32,000 bases of DNA from Cylindrospermopsis raciborskii Cr2010 (GTDB lineage: Bacteria; Cyanobacteriota; Cyanobacteriia; Cyanobacteriales; Nostocaceae), in the NCBI RefSeq assembly GCF_003367075.2, contig NZ_CP065936.1:360001-392000 (forward strand), written 5' to 3'. Under the pieces are notes generated by a model. The model saw only the letters and a list, made by a program, of their open reading frames with translations. It was not told where the DNA came from and did no database searches. Positions 27,951 to 32,000 of this stretch are shown here, piece by piece (position 1 is the stretch's first letter; each line of letters opens with the position of its first letter). Both the position numbers and the translations under genes were made by a program.

Positions 27951-29083
27951 TAAGTAGGCGAGTGGAATTAAATATAAGATGAACGTAGGTTGGGTTGAAG
28001 CATGAAACCCAACACCCCCATGGGTCTCGTTCCCCCCCACAAATAATTGCGCCCCCCCATACTACCCTTGATAGTTGTAATGAACGTAGGTTGGGTTGAA
28101 GCATGAAACCCAACACCCCCATGGGTCTCGTTCCCCCCCACAAATAATTGCGCCCCCCCATACTACCCTTGATAGTTGTAATGAACGTAGGTTGGGTTGA
28201 AGCATGAAACCCAACACCCCCATGGGTCTCGTTCCCCCCCACAAATAATTGCGCCCCCATACTACCCTTGATAGTTGTAATGAACGTAGGTTGGGTTGAA
28301 GCATGAAACCCAACACCCCCATGGGTCTCGTTCCCCCCCACAAATAATTGCGCCTCCCCATACTACCCTTGATAGTTGTAATGAACGTAGGTTGGGTTGA
28401 AGCATGAAACCCAACACCCCCATGGGTCTCGTTCCCCCACAAATAATTGCGCCCCCATACTACCCTTGATAGTTGTAATGAACGTAGGTTGGGTTGAAGC
28501 ATGAAACCCAACACCCCATGGGTCTCGTTCCCCCCCACAAATAATTGCGCCTCCCCATACTACCCTTGATAGTTGTAATGAACGTAGGTTGGGTTGAAGC
28601 ATGAAACCCAACACCCCCATGGGTCTCGTTCCCCCCCACAAATAATTGCGCCCCCCCATACTACCCTTGATAGTTGTAATGAACGTAGGTTGGGTTGAAG
28701 CATGAAACCCAACACCCCCATGGGTCTCGTTCCCCCCCACAAATAATTGCGCCTCCCCATACTACCCTTGATAGTTGTAATGAACGTAGGTTGGGTTGAA
28801 GCATGAAACCCAACACCCCCATGGGTCTCGTTCCCCCCCACAAATAATTGCGCCTCCCCATACTACCCTTGATAGTTGTAATGAACGTAGGTTGGGTTGA
28901 AGCATGAAACCCAACACCCCCATGGGTCTCGTTCCCCCCCACAAATAATTGCGCCCCCCCATACTACCCTTGATAGTTGTAATGAACGTAGGTTGGGTTG
29001 AAGCATGAAACCCAACACCCCCATGGGTCTCGTTCCCCCCTACAAATAATTGCGCCTCCCCATACTACCTTTGGTAGTTGTAA
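27951..29083. repeat. Tandem array of 11 copies of a ~97-101 bp unit, starting within a copy of the dispersed small element
   Basis: Unit: atgaacgtaggttgggttgaagcatgaaacccaacacccccatgggtctcgttcccccccacaaataattgcgcc(t/c)ccccatactacccttgatagttgta. Units begin near 27979, 28080, 28181, 28280, 28381, 28478, 28578, 28679, 28780, 28881 and 28982. Observed differences are almost entirely in poly-C length and one C/T position. Confidence 0.97.
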
Positions 29084-29085
29084 TG

Positions 29086-30192
29086 TTATACTACCTTTGG
29101 TAATTTGATAGTGAACGTACTACCTTTACCCAATTGTGAACATAGCTCTATCTTACCCCCATGTGCTTCAACAATGCGTTGGGATAAATGCAATCCTAAA
29201 CCACTACCAGACCTTTTATTTTTACCCTGACGAAATCTTTCAAAAATAATAGTTTGATCTTCCGGTGCTATACCATATCCAGTGTCCGATATCTGAATAA
29301 TAACCTGTGCCATATCTTTGTGGCGGGATTTTTCAAAAATGCTTACCTCCACAGTTCCCTGATCAGTAAATTTGATGGCATTGCCAATTAAATTGTTGAG
29401 AACCCGACGTAATTCTAGCCTATCCCCCAGAACCACATTTGGTTTTTCTAAACCGGTTTCTAATTTCAGAGTTAGGTTTTTTTCCATAGCCAATGGAATC
29501 AATTCATTAACTACTTCCTGAGCTATTTCTTGCAGATCACATGCTTGCAAATTTAAAAACTTCTTATCAGCATCAAACCGATAAACCTCTAAAAGATTAT
29601 TTACCATTTCTAGCAAGTTCTGATTACTGCGAATCATCATAGCGATCGCTTGTTTCATTTCAGGAGGAATTTGACCAAAGGTCTCCTTTTGAAACAGGTC
29701 TAACATACGATCTCCTGCTAATAAAGGAGTGCGCAAATCGTGAGTTAGTCGGGAGACAAAATCTTCTCGTTGTCGACTCATTTTTTGTTGTTCATCAATA
29801 CTGTATTTCAGTCTCAGCAAGCAGCGGACTCTTGCTAATAACTCATTAGTATCAAATGGTTTACGAATAAAATCATCCGCACCCGCATCTAATCCTTCCA
29901 CCACACTAGATTCATCAAAAGCTGTAATCAGTAAAATAGGAATGTAATCAATATTAGTATAGCTACGAATTGCGCGAGTTACTTCATAACCATCCATTTC
30001 TGGCATCATTACGTCCAAAAGAATTAGGTCTGGAGGGGATTGAACCGTTTTTTGTAAAGCTGTTGCTCCATCGGAAACTGAATCAATTGCATACCCTTCA
30101 CTCTCTAATAGGGTTTGGACTAAAATTAAATTATCTCTTCTATCATCGACTACAAGAATACGCGCAACTTGATCACTCTTGCTAACTGACAT
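29086..30192 (-). CDS. Response regulator receiver-histidine kinase hybrid
   Basis: Receiver domain (ILVVDDRRDN, PDLILLDVMMPEMDG, KPF) plus kinase (H-box DFVSRLTHDLRTP, N-box NNLIGNAIKFT, G-box GSGLGLHLSQ). Confidence 0.95.
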   Translation of the reverse strand: MSVSKSDQVARILVVDDRRDNLILVQTLLESEGYAIDSVSDGATALQKTVQSPPDLILLDVMMPEMDGYEVTRAIRSYTNIDYIPILLITAFDESSVVEGLDAGADDFIRKPFDTNELLARVRCLLRLKYSIDEQQKMSRQREDFVSRLTHDLRTPLLAGDRMLDLFQKETFGQIPPEMKQAIAMMIRSNQNLLEMVNNLLEVYRFDADKKFLNLQACDLQEIAQEVVNELIPLAMEKNLTLKLETGLEKPNVVLGDRLELRRVLNNLIGNAIKFTDQGTVEVSIFEKSRHKDMAQVIIQISDTGYGIAPEDQTIIFERFRQGKNKRSGSGLGLHLSQRIVEAHGGKIELCSQLGKGSTFTIKLPKVV

Positions 30193-30231
30193 ACCCTATC
30201 CACCTGAGTAAATTTAGTTTAATTGGTAGTT

Positions 30232-30308
30232 TAAGTGGGTGAGTGGAATTAAATATAAGATCAACCATGGGTTAACCCATCCTACAAATAATTGTGCCTC
30301 CCTACTTA
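30232..30308. repeat. Solitary short copy of the dispersed small element
   Basis: taagtgggtgagtggaattaaatataagatcaaccatgggttaacccatcctacaaataattgtgcctccctactta; ends TAAGTGGGTGAG / CTCCCTACTTA are near-inverted repeats. Confidence 0.75.
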
Positions 30309-30328
30309 TTGACGCTCCCCCACAAGGA

Positions 30329-31615
30329 CTAATATCTGGCTCTCCATTTTTCTGGAACTGACATACTGCGACCTTTTTTCTCCAAATAGCTCAGTTTCTC
30401 TTCACTGAGTGAATTTACACTAACTTGTCTTGGTAATTCAACTGTAAATAGTGAACCTACTGCTAATTGACTTTCCAACATTATTTTTCCTCCCATGATT
30501 TTCACTAATGAATCAATAATTGCTAAACCCAATCCAGTCCCTGGATATTTACGACTCATACCTTGGTCTACCTGTCTAAATGCTTCAAAAATATGTTCAC
30601 AATCTTGATTGGAAATACCAATTCCAGTATCCCTAATAGAAATAGCTATGCGACTTTTACTGGTTTCGGTAACTCTAACCCAAACACACCCGCGCTCTGT
30701 AAACTTAATAGCATTTGAAAGCAAGTTAATTAAAATCTGACGCACCCGTACAGGATCATTAAATACAAGAGTATTTTCCAAATCTATTTCTACAGATAAA
30801 GATAACTTCTTGGCTTCCACTAAAGAGCGGATTTCACCCACAGTATGATTAACCATCTTAGACAGATCGAAAATTTCTGGTTTTAATCCTAATCTACCAG
30901 AATCAATCTTAGAAAAGTCTAAAACCTCATTCAGTAACATCGACAAATCCTTGGCATTATTCAGAATGCGTTTTAACATATCCGTCTGTACACTACTTAG
31001 CTGACTAAATTTAGGACGCAGTAGAATTTGGGCAAACCCGATTATAGCATTCATGGGGGTTCGCAACTCATGAGATATGGTTGACAAAAATTGTGATTTC
31101 AATCTTGATACTTCTAATAGTTTCAAATTCTGTAGTTGAATTTGTTGTCGTTGTCTCTCTAATTCATCGTTACTACGAATCAACTTTTCATGGCTTTCTT
31201 TAAGCTGACTATAAGCTAACTGGGCTTTAGTCTCGGACTGGTGCAAGCGAATTGCATTTCGCAGTGTTATAGATAAAATTTCTGGAGTGAGACTGGATTT
31301 ATTTAAATAGTCTGTAGCACCGTTATGTAATAAATTGAGAGCGGTTTTTTCCTCTCCTGGACTTGTAAGAATCACCAGGGGGACTTTAATCTGGGAGAAA
31401 TGTAGTTTGTCAATTAGGGTCAAAGTGCCATCCACCAAAGGAGAACCAAGAAAAATACAGTCGAATCTAGCACTTTCTAGGACACAAAAAACATTCTTGC
31501 TGTCACTGACCTCCCATAATTCCAAGGATAACCTGGTTTCGTTTACCACTAAACGAAATAGCTTACGTGCTAAGTCATCCTCATCCACAACCAAAATTTT
31601 TAGCCTCTCTTCCAT
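30329..31615 (-). CDS. Histidine kinase with N-terminal degenerate receiver domain
   Basis: ILVVDEDDLARKLF receiver start; kinase H-box FLSTISHELRTPMNAIIGFA, N-box INLLSNAIKFTE, G-box GTGLGLAII. Confidence 0.93.
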   Translation of the reverse strand: MEERLKILVVDEDDLARKLFRLVVNETRLSLELWEVSDSKNVFCVLESARFDCIFLGSPLVDGTLTLIDKLHFSQIKVPLVILTSPGEEKTALNLLHNGATDYLNKSSLTPEILSITLRNAIRLHQSETKAQLAYSQLKESHEKLIRSNDELERQRQQIQLQNLKLLEVSRLKSQFLSTISHELRTPMNAIIGFAQILLRPKFSQLSSVQTDMLKRILNNAKDLSMLLNEVLDFSKIDSGRLGLKPEIFDLSKMVNHTVGEIRSLVEAKKLSLSVEIDLENTLVFNDPVRVRQILINLLSNAIKFTERGCVWVRVTETSKSRIAISIRDTGIGISNQDCEHIFEAFRQVDQGMSRKYPGTGLGLAIIDSLVKIMGGKIMLESQLAVGSLFTVELPRQVSVNSLSEEKLSYLEKKGRSMSVPEKWRARY

Positions 31616-31915
31616 TAGTTTCCATTTCCCCCCCGTTTACATATATTTGTCTAATTTTTAGACCAGTTTTACGCGCCCAGATGACCGGTTTCCCAGACTC
31701 AAGTTATACCCACATTATTTCGTATTCGCATCAGCATTTCATATCCCGGAACTTTTGGCATATATCCCTGGTTATATTTTTACTCTTCCCTAAGATAGAT
31801 GTAATTTACAACATATATCATCTAAGATCCCCTTGGGGATATTAGACACAAGGAGTTTGACCTAATGGGTGAATTTCCAAGATAATTATGATAATTTGGT
31901 TAATTTGGTACGACA

Positions 31916-32000
31916 ATGAGTGAAATTAGCATTATTTTAATAGAAGACCATGATTTAACTAGAATGGGTTTAAAGACTGTCATCCAGTCCCACCCAGGGT
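31916..32000 (+). CDS. Response regulator, N-terminal receiver domain (partial; runs off the window)
   Basis: ATG at 31916 gives MSEISIILIEDHDLTRMGLKTVIQSHPG..., the typical NarL/LuxR-type receiver start. Confidence 0.8.
   Translation, partial: MSEISIILIEDHDLTRMGLKTVIQSHPG

Noticed and set aside
27937-28962. Several nested minus-strand ORFs with repeated GFHASTQPTFITTIKGSMG / NPTYVHYNYQG motifs, superficially a repeat protein family
   Set aside because: These are reading frames through the ~101-bp tandem DNA repeat. Frames shift with poly-C length changes and they lack a credible independent protein signal.
27951-29083. CRISPR array
   Set aside because: The ~101-bp unit is repeated in full, with no unique spacers alternating with short repeats, and no cas genes are nearby.

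Overview
The window is cyanobacterial chromosome. Support comes from PsbX, Ycf66, Vipp1/IM30, a heme oxygenase-HemN pair, an SDR/CIA30 protein and frequent GCGATCGC (HIP1) octamers. It is probably from a filamentous Nostocales organism, but that genus-level guess is only inference. Most genes are ordinary housekeeping or photosynthesis genes: ycf66 (partial), psbX, YggT, accC, tRNA-Leu(GAG), trpF, hemN, heme oxygenase, a DUF721/DciA-like protein, a SPOR-like protein, vipp1, thioredoxin, an aminotransferase, a GAF-LuxR regulator, DUF3386, an alpha/beta hydrolase, a HugZ-like protein, SDR/CIA30, PRC-barrel, a precorrin-6A reductase (cobK), an aromatic amino acid permease and two receiver/histidine-kinase proteins, plus a partial response regulator. 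The best candidate for a poorly described system is the minus-strand block at about 15.8-22.6 kb. It pairs a giant actin/Hsp70-fold ATPase (997 aa, SrfB-like) with a dynamin-like GTPase (853 aa), flanked by two small exported proteins. This block is divergent from a plus-strand run of envelope/membrane genes at 22.8-25.8 kb that includes an RDD + pentapeptide (HglK-like) protein. The second notable feature is an 11-copy, ~101-bp tandem array at about 27.98-29.08 kb. Its unit resembles a dispersed small element with terminal inverted repeats (solitary copies at about 4.74 and 30.23 kb) plus a segment that looks like the 3' end of the adjacent kinase gene. No CRISPR array, transposase or recognisable phage-defence locus was found.
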